64,000 nt of DNA, from positions 32,001 through 96,000 of the forward strand of contig JAOZFI010000036.1 in assembly GCA_027491395.1 (NCBI GenBank), written 5' to 3'. The notes beneath the pieces were generated by a model. The model saw only the letters and a list, made by a program, of their open reading frames with translations. It made no database searches and was not told the DNA's origin. Shown in pieces: positions 54,918 through 63,510 of the stretch. The stretch comes from Thermoproteota archaeon. Lineage in GTDB: Archaea; Korarchaeota; Korarchaeia; Korarchaeales; Korarchaeaceae. The position numbers were made by a program, and so were the translations under genes. Position 1 is the first letter of the stretch. Each line of letters starts with the position of its first letter.

Positions 54918-55575
54918 CCCCACTACCATCACCCAGCCTGTACGTCACCACTGCTCCATCCTCGAACTCGTCTATCTCAACTGTTCTCGCCTTCACCCCT
55001 GAATCTACTAGCGCAAGCCTGAAATCCTCGAAGTAGTCGTAGAAACCGCATGTTCTGCAGAAGTTACCCGTAAACTCGACCTTGACGAGATCGCCCCTGA
55101 TTTCCAGCACCACTGCCTTGGCTTCCGGACTTCTAAGCGAGTTGAACCTCTCAATCGCCCGTTCGACAGCCTGCCGAAGGTCTTCACTGGCCTGCCTGAA
55201 GTCAAATTTCCAGATTCCATGCTTAGAGCAGAGGATTCTCACCTCAAAGTCACCTCTAGGTCTATCGAATGTGGTTCCAGGCACTTCGCCCGACAGGTAC
55301 TTCCTTACCCTACCGTCGGCGCTTACTATCTCAATCCAGATTATCCTCGAATCTCGAGTCATTTCATGGGGAGCCACTCCCACCTCCACATAGATCCTCC
55401 CGTCCTCTTCGAATACACCGGGTTCATGCTCTTCGGCGCCGTCATCACCCTCTCCCTTGAACTCCATGGGGACCATTGGCTTGCCATGGCACACGGGAGG
55501 CTCACCTCCCGAGCTAGAGTAGGATTCAACGATCCTCCCGCAGACATCGCACCTGTAGAATTCCTCGCCATCCAT
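54901..55575 (-). CDS. Desulfoferrodoxin/superoxide reductase-like protein fused to a NifU-C-like CxxC domain
   Basis: YRCDVCG..PVCHGKPM, EEHEP, PHEM, CSKHGIW, then FTGNFCRTCGFYDYFEDF. Confidence 0.7.
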   Translation of the reverse strand: MDGEEFYRCDVCGRIVESYSSSGGEPPVCHGKPMVPMEFKGEGDDGAEEHEPGVFEEDGRIYVEVGVAPHEMTRDSRIIWIEIVSADGRVRKYLSGEVPGTTFDRPRGDFEVRILCSKHGIWKFDFRQASEDLRQAVERAIERFNSLRSPEAKAVVLEIRGDLVKVEFTGNFCRTCGFYDYFEDFRLALVDSGVKARTVEIDEFEDGAVVTYRLGDGSGDGGPD

Positions 55576-55608
55576 CGCCCTTCCTCGAGAACACGGGTAA
55601 ATAAAGGT

Positions 55609-56289
55609 TCAAGGCTGAGGGGTAGGTGTCTTGAAGGGTGAGGAATCTTCGAGCCTCCTCATGGACTTCAGAGCAAACCTCAAAACCAGCAGCGTGAGAG
55701 GGATTCCCAGTAACAGAAACGCACTGGGATCCAAAAACAGGAGGAAATCGTAGGTGCCGTGGAGCAAGATCGGGAATACCAGTGCCCTCGCTAGGCCCTC
55801 TTTATATCCCATCATCTTCGCCCTTCCCAAGTACACCCCCATGACAGCACCATCCAGCGCGTGACTCGGAACCGCCAGCACTGCCCTCACCAAACCCACC
55901 AAGACCCCGCCTTCCAGCACATAGAACAGGTTCTCCAGCGTGGCGAATCCCAAGGAGGAAGCTACAGAGTAAACTACCCCGTCAAAGGGCTCATTAAACT
56001 CTTTCGAGTTGTAGGCCAGCAATAACACCGCTAGGAACTTCATAAGCTCCTCTGGAAATCCTATTCCGAGGTAACTCATGTAGATTAGGAGCGAAATGTC
56101 CCCAGACCTAGGGGATAAGTTGGAAAGTAACACGCCCTCAAAAAGAGCTGCCGGAAAGACGGCCATCACTCCAGCGAGGAATACCTTCTCAACCAGCGAC
56201 AAGGATTCCCTCTCATACCTATCCTTCAGGTAGAAAATCATCAGCAGGAATAATCCTGGAGCCACTGCAAGCACTAACAGATGTAGCAT
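55609..56289 (-). CDS. PrsW family intramembrane metalloprotease
   Basis: EELMK, FATLEN, PSHA and HGTYD motifs in a multi-TM protein. Confidence 0.9.
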   Translation of the reverse strand: MLHLLVLAVAPGLFLLMIFYLKDRYERESLSLVEKVFLAGVMAVFPAALFEGVLLSNLSPRSGDISLLIYMSYLGIGFPEELMKFLAVLLLAYNSKEFNEPFDGVVYSVASSLGFATLENLFYVLEGGVLVGLVRAVLAVPSHALDGAVMGVYLGRAKMMGYKEGLARALVFPILLHGTYDFLLFLDPSAFLLLGIPLTLLVLRFALKSMRRLEDSSPFKTPTPQP

Positions 56290-56304
56290 GACCCTCCTCT
56301 CACT

Positions 56305-56370
56305 CTGGGGGGTCGGGACTCGGCAAAGTCATCACTCGTCAGCCGGTTGATCCTACCTCATTCCCCCGGG
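56305..56370 (-). ncRNA. Box C/D methylation guide sRNA (double guide)
   Basis: C AUGAGGU, 12-nt guide, D' CUGA, C' GUGAUGA, 12-nt guide, D CCGA, G/C terminal stem; both guides complementary to conserved rRNA sequence. Confidence 0.88.
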
Positions 56371-56456
56371 TGTCAGGGTCAATCAACCTAATAAAGAGAT
56401 CAACTGTCAGTCCCGTCTCAATTGGCTAGTCAAAAGAGGAGGGTAGGGAGAGATGA

Positions 56457-57329
56457 TCACCCCTTCTTCTCCGCCTTGACCTTGGCAGGGAGGGCCTCAG
56501 CTGGTTTGTGCGGCTTGAAACCGAACTTTCTTTTTATTAAGAGCTTCTTTAAGAGCTGTATTCCTTGAGCAGGATCAACCCCTCTTGGGCAGACGTCTGA
56601 GCAGGAGGCTGCGAAGTGGCAGCGCCAGCACCCGTGCTCGGTATCCACGACGGATATCCTGACATCGAGACCATTGTCTCTGGTGTCGACTATGTACCTG
56701 TACGCCTGAGCTAGGGCTTGGGGTCCTAGGTACTCGTAATCCGTGGCGGCGGTTGGACAGGCGGACAGACAAGCCCCGCACTTTATACAATCGGTGAACT
56801 GGTAATATCTAGCGTATTCATCGACCGTCTGCTTGTAGGGGCCAGTCGGATTGTTCAGCTCGACATCATCGTTCCTTATTATCCAAGGCTTCACAGCCCT
56901 GTGCTTTTCGAAGAAGGATGTGAAATCAGCAGCTAGGTCTCTCTCAACAGGGAAGTTATCCAAGGGTCTCAACTCAACGACATCACCGCTTCCAGCAGCC
57001 TCTAGAACTCTAGTCTGACAGGCCAGCATCTGCTTACCGTTTATCATCATGGCGCACGATCCACAGAGTCCCATCCTGCAGGAGTACCTTAATCCGAGGG
57101 AATGATCCGCCTCCCCTTTTATTATCAGAAGGGCATCTAAGACCGTCATTCCCCTTGAAACTTCCAGTTCATGTTCCTCCCAATATGGAGCGTAGTCCTT
57201 CCTCGGGTTGTATTTGTAGATCCTGAACTTTATCTTCCTTACAGGCTTCCAGAGCTCCTCAGAGGCCTTCATGGTCTCCTCAAGTACCTCGGGCGGAAGA
57301 ACATACTCCTTAGCTTCCTCTGAAGCCAT
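56457..57329 (-). CDS. sdhB: Succinate dehydrogenase/fumarate reductase Fe-S subunit
   Basis: SCRMGLCGSCAM, CIKCGACLSACP, CWRCHFAASCSDVCP. Confidence 0.95.
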   Translation of the reverse strand: MASEEAKEYVLPPEVLEETMKASEELWKPVRKIKFRIYKYNPRKDYAPYWEEHELEVSRGMTVLDALLIIKGEADHSLGLRYSCRMGLCGSCAMMINGKQMLACQTRVLEAAGSGDVVELRPLDNFPVERDLAADFTSFFEKHRAVKPWIIRNDDVELNNPTGPYKQTVDEYARYYQFTDCIKCGACLSACPTAATDYEYLGPQALAQAYRYIVDTRDNGLDVRISVVDTEHGCWRCHFAASCSDVCPRGVDPAQGIQLLKKLLIKRKFGFKPHKPAEALPAKVKAEKKG

Positions 57330-57341
57330 AAAATCACCTCC

Positions 57342-57671
57342 TCATGCGAACCCAAGCGCGACCATCAGTACCTGCAGGCCCACGGCGTAGGTGACTATGC
57401 CCACTATCAGAATGGCCCAGCTGATCCACTTGGTCCAGCACCTGTCGGGCACCATCTCAATGAGGATTACCCTGACTCCATTAAAGGCGTGATAGAGGAG
57501 GGCAGCTAAGAATATCGCCATGTTACCGAGGTAAAGGACAGGGTTCGCCTTTATGGTTGCGCCTATAACCGGGTCATTGTTCGCGAGCAAGTGTATTAAG
57601 CCAGTAATCACTATTAGGATGGCAGTAACATAGTGAAGGAACATGATAGTGGACTCCCTCATGTCAATCAC
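57342..57671 (-). CDS. sdhD: Succinate dehydrogenase membrane anchor subunit
   Basis: Three TM helices, LYHAFNGVRVIL, operon context. Confidence 0.8.
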   Translation of the reverse strand: MIDMRESTIMFLHYVTAILIVITGLIHLLANNDPVIGATIKANPVLYLGNMAIFLAALLYHAFNGVRVILIEMVPDRCWTKWISWAILIVGIVTYAVGLQVLMVALGFA

Positions 57672-58099
57672 CCCATCATCGGCTGAACTACGAGCGCGTA
57701 ATAGGCCCAGATAGCTGCGAGGACGACGAACAGAACCAAGGCAAACACCACCACGTATCTCTGGACTCCTTCTATCGATACCGGTCTCTGAGAGGGTTTC
57801 TTAATTAGAAGAGGCTTTCCTACAGCAAATCCCAGCTCCGCCAATATCAGCCTTATCCCATTGGCCGTGTGGAAGGTTACGATGATGCCGAGAAGGGCAT
57901 CCCACCATAGCCCAGGATGCCATCCCGTACTGTAGAAGTGGGCCAACACGAACAGAACTATTAGGATCCCAGTTATCCTGTGAGCAGCGTAAAGCCATCT
58001 CTCAATCGTATAAACCCTAGCCTTGAACCAGCCGGAAATACCCCTCATGTTTTTCGCATAATACTCCTTAAACTCGCTCTCAGCCTCCATAACCTTCAC
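57668..58099 (-). CDS. sdhC: Succinate dehydrogenase cytochrome b subunit
   Basis: HRITG and FHTANGIRLIL motifs, three TM helices. Confidence 0.85.
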   Translation of the reverse strand: MKVMEAESEFKEYYAKNMRGISGWFKARVYTIERWLYAAHRITGILIVLFVLAHFYSTGWHPGLWWDALLGIIVTFHTANGIRLILAELGFAVGKPLLIKKPSQRPVSIEGVQRYVVVFALVLFVVLAAIWAYYALVVQPMMG

Positions 58100-58100
58100 C

Positions 58101-59819
58101 TCAATACTTCCTCTCAGTGGGAGGCCACTTGGTTATCACAACCGGGATATAGCTGAACTGAGGTTCTCCATCGGCTCCCCTGGCTATCATCGTATGCTTG
58201 AGCCAGTTCTCATCATCTCTCTTGGGGTAATCTAGTCTGGTGTGAGCCCCTCTGGTTTCGGTCCTGTTCAGCGCAGCCCTTGCTACGACGTAGGCTATTT
58301 CCAGCATTGCGTCCAGCTCCAGTACGTGTATCAGGTTTATGTTATACTCTCTGTCCTTATCGGCTACATGTCCCTCTCCAAACCTCTGCCTGAGCTCTTT
58401 GAGCTTACTTATTGCCTCCTTCAGGCCTTTCTCGTCCCTGAACACGTAAACGTACTTGCCCATCGTGTCCTGCATCTCTCTCCTTATGTGATAGGGGTTT
58501 TCACCGGTGGACCCTCTGAGCATGCGATCGAATATCCTCTTCTCCTCCTCACTAACCTTGTCCATTGGGACATCTCTCAGACCTACTTTCATGGCGTAAT
58601 CGGCCGCCTGCCTGCCAGTCAGCATACCGTACACTAGGCAATCGGAAGAAGAGTTAGTTCCCAACCTGTTTGCTCCATGGAGGCTCACGCATGCGACCTC
58701 CCCGGCCGCCCACAGCCCTTTGGCTGGAGTGGCCCCGTAAATGTTTGTGTGCACGCCTCCCATGCTGTAGTGTGCAACGGGTCTGACGGGCATCGGCTCC
58801 TCAACTGGGTCGACGCCTGCGAACCTTATAGCCAGCTCCCTTATGTGTGGCAGTCTCTCATCGATCTTATCCTCCCCCAAGTGTCTTAGATCTAAGAGCA
58901 CGTAGTCAAGCCCTCCTGGACCCTTAAACCCTCTACCCTCCAAGATTTCGGTCATTTCCGCCTTGGATACCACGTCCCTAGGTGCCAGCTCCATTCTCTC
59001 AGGAGCGTAGTTCTTCATGAACCTCTCTCCTTTGTTGTTTATCAGGTAGCCTCCCTCTCCTCTAGCAGCCTCCGATATCAGGATGCCAGATGGCACTAAG
59101 CCGGTAGGATGGAACTGGAAGAACTCCATGTCCTTCAGCGATAACCCAGCTCTGTAAGCCATGGCCATCCCATCGGCGGTGGATGAATGCGAGTAGGTAG
59201 TGAACGGGTAGAGCCTACCAGCGCCTCCCGTGGCGAGCACCCCAGCTTTGGCTTTGAAAACGTAGAAATCACCGGTCTTAAGCTCTAGGGCGGTGACTCC
59301 TCTAAATTCGCCGTTCTCGATGATAAGAGAGGTAACGTAGAATTCGTGGTAGAACTTTATGTTATCATACTTCAGGGCCGTATCGTATAAGGTTTGCATC
59401 GCATAAAGCCCGGTCTTATCCGCAGCGAAGCAGGCTCTCGGAAAGCTGTGACCTCCAAACCTTCTTTGAGCTATTCTACCATCGGGCCTCCTGGCCCAGG
59501 GCATCCCCCAATGATCTAGCTGGTAGATCTCTTGGGGAGCCAGCCTGACGAAGAGCTCCACCGCATCTTGGTCGGCTAGCCAGGCTGCGCCCTTTATAGT
59601 GTCGTAAGCGTGCAGATCGTAGCTATCACCCTCATCATGATAGAGGGCCGCACCGGTTCCCCCTGCATATGCAACAGAGTGAGATCTCATCGCATGAACT
59701 TTCGTCAATACAGCTACGTCTAGTTTACCTTCATTCCTCCTAGCAGCTTCAATAGAAGCTCTGAGACCCGCTAAGCCTGATCCGATAACAACTATATCCG
59801 TAGTTACTATCTCAGCCAA
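58101..59819 (-). CDS. sdhA: Succinate dehydrogenase/fumarate reductase flavoprotein subunit
   Basis: GSGLAG, RSHS (covalent FAD His), QFHPTG, ELAPRDVVS, HGANRLGTNS, RTETRGAH. Confidence 0.96.
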   Translation of the reverse strand: MAEIVTTDIVVIGSGLAGLRASIEAARRNEGKLDVAVLTKVHAMRSHSVAYAGGTGAALYHDEGDSYDLHAYDTIKGAAWLADQDAVELFVRLAPQEIYQLDHWGMPWARRPDGRIAQRRFGGHSFPRACFAADKTGLYAMQTLYDTALKYDNIKFYHEFYVTSLIIENGEFRGVTALELKTGDFYVFKAKAGVLATGGAGRLYPFTTYSHSSTADGMAMAYRAGLSLKDMEFFQFHPTGLVPSGILISEAARGEGGYLINNKGERFMKNYAPERMELAPRDVVSKAEMTEILEGRGFKGPGGLDYVLLDLRHLGEDKIDERLPHIRELAIRFAGVDPVEEPMPVRPVAHYSMGGVHTNIYGATPAKGLWAAGEVACVSLHGANRLGTNSSSDCLVYGMLTGRQAADYAMKVGLRDVPMDKVSEEEKRIFDRMLRGSTGENPYHIRREMQDTMGKYVYVFRDEKGLKEAISKLKELRQRFGEGHVADKDREYNINLIHVLELDAMLEIAYVVARAALNRTETRGAHTRLDYPKRDDENWLKHTMIARGADGEPQFSYIPVVITKWPPTERKY

Positions 59820-60049
59820 AATAATTACCTCCCTTTCTTAAGGGACCTCCTAGAGGAGGCGGGTCAATAAGATAAATGTTCCCTAGGCTTTTCTCATATA
59901 TAAGCCTTAGACAACGGGGAATATTTGATTAAATATATAACAAGACAATAGTTATATATAAGTGAACATCACCAGATAAATAACAGAAATTTTATTTATT
60001 TTTAGGGAACTCAGAGAACGAGGTCTCTCTTGAGAAAGGGTGTGTATCT
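59820..60049. promoter_or_regulatory. AT-rich divergent promoter region shared by the sdh and Rieske/cytb operons
   Basis: Several TATA-like tracts and palindromes: ATATTTgattAAATAT 59921-59936, TTATATATAA 59952-59961, ATAAATAA-N8-TTATTTAT 59976-59999. Confidence 0.6.
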
Positions 60050-60223
60050 ATGGGGGTGCTGATCTCCGGAATGGTTTCTGGTGCTCAAAGTCTCTTACAG
60101 ACCACATTCAATCAAATAACTCAACTGTGGGTCTTGGCAGGCTTAATAGCTATGTTTGTGATAGGCCTAGTGATCTACACCTGCTATTCTAGGAGCTTAG
60201 GTATACCGGAGGGTGAGGATTGA
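60050..60223 (+). CDS. Small single-TM protein (57 aa; 50 aa from ATG 60071), below the ORF-track cutoff
   Basis: MGVLISGMVSGAQSLLQTTFNQITQLWVLAGLIAMFVIGLVIYTCYSRSLGIPEGED; its TGA overlaps the Rieske ATG (TGATG). Confidence 0.7.
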   Translation: MGVLISGMVSGAQSLLQTTFNQITQLWVLAGLIAMFVIGLVIYTCYSRSLGIPEGED

Positions 60224-60726
60224 TGGTAGATGTGAGTAGGAGGGACTTCATAAAGGGGGGACTGCTAGCCTCCATTGCATTAGCAGCAGCCGCCGCTGGA
60301 GCCCCACTCATTCAGTATCTCACCTCAGAGAGGGTAGTCGTTGGTAAAGTTAGCAGCGGGGAGAAGAGCAAGCTTCCAATGAAGATAACGAATAAGAATG
60401 ATCTTCAACCGGATTCCCAGATACAGTTTATGATGCCCCTCAATCCAGATGGGAGTAGGGGGCAACACCCATCTATTCTAATAAGGCTGAGACCGGATCT
60501 AGCCCAGAAAGCGGGAACGGAATTCAAGGCCTTCAGCGCTATATGCACTCACTTGGGGTGCATAGTCCATCTAGAGCCCGGTGATGATATCTACTGCCCG
60601 TGTCACGCCGGATACTTCGATCCTGTGACCGGTAATGTTCTAGCCGGCCCTCCTAAGAAGCCACTCCCCGAGATAGAGCTGAAGATAGACGAAAATGGTG
60701 ATATTTACGCGGTAGGGTGGAAATGA
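60223..60726 (+). CDS. Rieske [2Fe-2S] subunit of a Rieske/cytb complex
   Basis: Tat motif SRRDFIK plus TM helix, CTHLGC, CPCHAG, GPPKKPL. Confidence 0.93.
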   Translation: MVDVSRRDFIKGGLLASIALAAAAAGAPLIQYLTSERVVVGKVSSGEKSKLPMKITNKNDLQPDSQIQFMMPLNPDGSRGQHPSILIRLRPDLAQKAGTEFKAFSAICTHLGCIVHLEPGDDIYCPCHAGYFDPVTGNVLAGPPKKPLPEIELKIDENGDIYAVGWK

Positions 60727-62141
60727 TGACCAAATGTGGTAAGGAGGAGAAGAGCTGCCTATCGTGGTTGGTTAACTGGTTTATTGACAGGCTCGGGATG
60801 GAGGAATTCACCTCCACCATGGTCTGGAGACACACTCTACATCCAGTCTACAGCCTCGGCGGCCTAACAACCCTCATGTTCATTATTCAGGCGATTACTG
60901 GACTATTGCTCCTCATGTTCTATGTACCAGTGTTCGGAGAGACCAACATGGCCTACGACAGCGTTCTGAGGATAACCGAGGAGGTGGCATACGGTTCGAT
61001 CATAAGAGGGTTGCATTTCTACGGAGCCAACCTGATGGTCCTCATAGCGATACTTCACTTCCTCAGGGTTTACTTCATGGGAAGCTACAAGAAGCCTCAC
61101 GAGGTGACGTACATAATCGGAATGATAACCGGATTGCTAGCGATCGTTACGGGTGTAACTGGCTACTCCCTGAGAATGGACCACGTGGCCGGGGAGGCCA
61201 TAAGGATAGGGAACACCCTAGTTACGGGCATGCCTGGGGGTAAGATGATCGCCCAGATCATATATGGGACGGGAACGTTCGACGAGATAGTCGGCAGGTA
61301 CTTGGCGTTCCACATCATGCTGGCCGGCCTGATATTCCTCCTGATGCTCGTCCACTTCTTCTCGATTCATCAGCATCACGTGTCACCCCCTTACGATGGA
61401 TCTGACCCCGAGCCAGCAGTACCTTTCTTCCCGAATCACATACTGACCGAGGCAGCCGCTGCCTTCGTGGTGATAGGAGCCTTAATAGTTGTATCAGCGG
61501 TGTTCCCGGCAGAGCTAGGTCAGAAGTTCCTTCCAACGAAGGAATTGCCGGTAGGTCAGCCTGAGTGGTACTTAATGGCTGTTTACGCTGGGATAAAGAC
61601 GGGAGTAGATCCGGTTTTCGCTGGCATGGTGGTCCCGGGCATGCTCCTACTGATATTTGTCCTGATGCCTTGGATTGATCCGACCTACAGCAGGCACCCA
61701 AGGAACAGAAGGATAGCCACCATCTACGGCGCTATAATGGTCGGGGAATTCGTGGTCTTCACAGTGTACGGGATGCTTACACCCGGAGAGCAAATCCCCT
61801 TGGTAAACGCGCTGGCCGTCGCGTTCGTTGTAGCATTAATCACCGGGATACCAGCAGCCAGATACACATCCAAGCCCGTTCCCCCGGTTAAGAGGACTCC
61901 GGTGAAGAGGGTCAGGCAAACACCACTCGTCCTAGAATGGGGCAAGTATATATTCCTGATGCTCCTAATAATACAGTTGATCACAACTGTCCTCGGAATC
62001 CAAGCCCATCTCAATGAGATGTACACCTTGGCCGGTTTCTACTTCGGCATATCTGTGATAGCCTTTGGATGGGTCCTATTCGTGGCGAAAGTCATCCTCC
62101 TAGACGTTAAATACATAACGAAGCCTATTCTCTCCTCTTAA
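60723..62141 (+). CDS. Cytochrome b of a Rieske/cytb complex (unsplit, with C-terminal TM extension)
   Basis: IRGLH...LHFLR and FH...VH heme b ligands, PFFP, PEWY Qo motif, PWID. Confidence 0.93.
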   Translation: MMTKCGKEEKSCLSWLVNWFIDRLGMEEFTSTMVWRHTLHPVYSLGGLTTLMFIIQAITGLLLLMFYVPVFGETNMAYDSVLRITEEVAYGSIIRGLHFYGANLMVLIAILHFLRVYFMGSYKKPHEVTYIIGMITGLLAIVTGVTGYSLRMDHVAGEAIRIGNTLVTGMPGGKMIAQIIYGTGTFDEIVGRYLAFHIMLAGLIFLLMLVHFFSIHQHHVSPPYDGSDPEPAVPFFPNHILTEAAAAFVVIGALIVVSAVFPAELGQKFLPTKELPVGQPEWYLMAVYAGIKTGVDPVFAGMVVPGMLLLIFVLMPWIDPTYSRHPRNRRIATIYGAIMVGEFVVFTVYGMLTPGEQIPLVNALAVAFVVALITGIPAARYTSKPVPPVKRTPVKRVRQTPLVLEWGKYIFLMLLIIQLITTVLGIQAHLNEMYTLAGFYFGISVIAFGWVLFVAKVILLDVKYITKPILSS

Positions 62142-62217
62142 CATTTTTCTTCGCCGCCTCCTTTAGATCGATGTTAGTTCACAAACCCTTTTTACATTGA
62201 AGCCATTACACTTAACG

Positions 62218-63033
62218 ATGAACAGGGACAGCTTGGTGATTGTGGGAGTCGTGCTGATAACTCTCATCGTACTTGGGTCCGCTTACACAGCAGTTTCGAA
62301 GGGTGTAGCTCCCTCCTTGCTGGAAAAAGGAACCCCTAGCGGATCTAAACAGAGCAGCACGAGATCTTCTCAAGCAGCATCGGGAAAGACCGGTACTACT
62401 CAGACAAAGAAGACAGCGACACAGAAAACAACGACTCAGAAGGCACCATTTGACTTCAAGAGCGTATTTCTCAAGAAGACCGAGTTCTCAATCACTTACG
62501 ATTACTACCAAGATATGAAGAAGAAGGGCAATGGCGCCCTCTACGTCAAGGGAGATAATAGGAGAATGGATCTCAAGTTCGTTCAGGGACAGACGGTACT
62601 CATAAACAAAGGAGATTTGACCATATACTGTTTTAAACAAGCTCAAAGCGACTGGCAATGCTTCCAATCGAAAAACAAGGAGTCCATTGAGAAGAAGATG
62701 GGAGGTGGTAAAACAAACGATCCAGTAGAGGAAGGTCAGGAGGAGTTCGACAAACCAGTATACAACGGTACTAGGACCTATGCGGGGAAAACATGCTACT
62801 GCTACTACGTTAGCAAGAGCGCGAAGGAAACCGTGAATGGCGTGGACAAGGCGGGAACTCAGTGGGTGGAGATATGTGTAACTCAGGATGGGATACCGGC
62901 CTACTACCTCTACCTATGGAAATCCTCTGATGGGAAGAACGCTATTAGAACCGAAATAATAGCTAGGACGATATCATATAACGTTCCGGATAGTGTTTTC
63001 AACCCACCCGTTGAACCAACCAGCCTTCCATAA
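62218..63033 (+). CDS. Membrane-anchored extracellular protein with Ser/Thr/Lys-rich linker and beta-rich domain
   Basis: N-terminal TM helix, TQTKKTATQKTTTQK linker, Cys pairs, C-terminal VPDSVFNPP. Confidence 0.7.
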   Translation: MNRDSLVIVGVVLITLIVLGSAYTAVSKGVAPSLLEKGTPSGSKQSSTRSSQAASGKTGTTQTKKTATQKTTTQKAPFDFKSVFLKKTEFSITYDYYQDMKKKGNGALYVKGDNRRMDLKFVQGQTVLINKGDLTIYCFKQAQSDWQCFQSKNKESIEKKMGGGKTNDPVEEGQEEFDKPVYNGTRTYAGKTCYCYYVSKSAKETVNGVDKAGTQWVEICVTQDGIPAYYLYLWKSSDGKNAIRTEIIARTISYNVPDSVFNPPVEPTSLP

Positions 63034-63154
63034 TTGAACTATTTTTCATAATACATTTTAACACCAAAATTCGAGGTACATCTTTCCAAGAGGGACATTT
63101 CACAGTAATATTTAACTGTTAGAAGACCACTATAATCATGGGGGGTGAAAGGGA

Positions 63155-63418
63155 ATGGCCCACATGAGACTATCGCCCGATTTTGAGCATGTCTACAACG
63201 CCATCATGACTGAGTTGAGGGGTTACATACATGGTTCCGAGTGTCACATGGATAAGATAAAAGAATGGTTGTCTACCTTGCCTCCTGAGGGAGTGAACTC
63301 CCTACTGGAGCAGCTTAGAAGGAATTTGGAGACTTGGAAGAATATTGGTTCCATAACTGAAGAGCAGTATGAGAAGGCCCTCCAGAAACTTGAGGAGATA
63401 AGAGATCTAGCTAAGTAA
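63155..63418 (+). CDS. Hypothetical alpha-helical protein
   Basis: 87-aa ORF with GGGGGTGA SD, own TATA-like upstream tract and typical codon usage. Confidence 0.65.
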   Translation: MAHMRLSPDFEHVYNAIMTELRGYIHGSECHMDKIKEWLSTLPPEGVNSLLEQLRRNLETWKNIGSITEEQYEKALQKLEEIRDLAK

Positions 63419-63510
63419 CCTACCGACTCACATTATCCTTACCACCTGTGCATACGCACTTGGCAGGTGGGGTTCTAAGTTTTTATGTTAGATCGACTCG
63501 ACCCCAATAC

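Noticed and set aside
56343-56357. CCGGTTGATCCTACC on the + strand looks like the 5' end of a 16S rRNA gene
   Set aside because: The match stops after 15 nt; it is better explained as the guide of a minus-strand C/D sRNA
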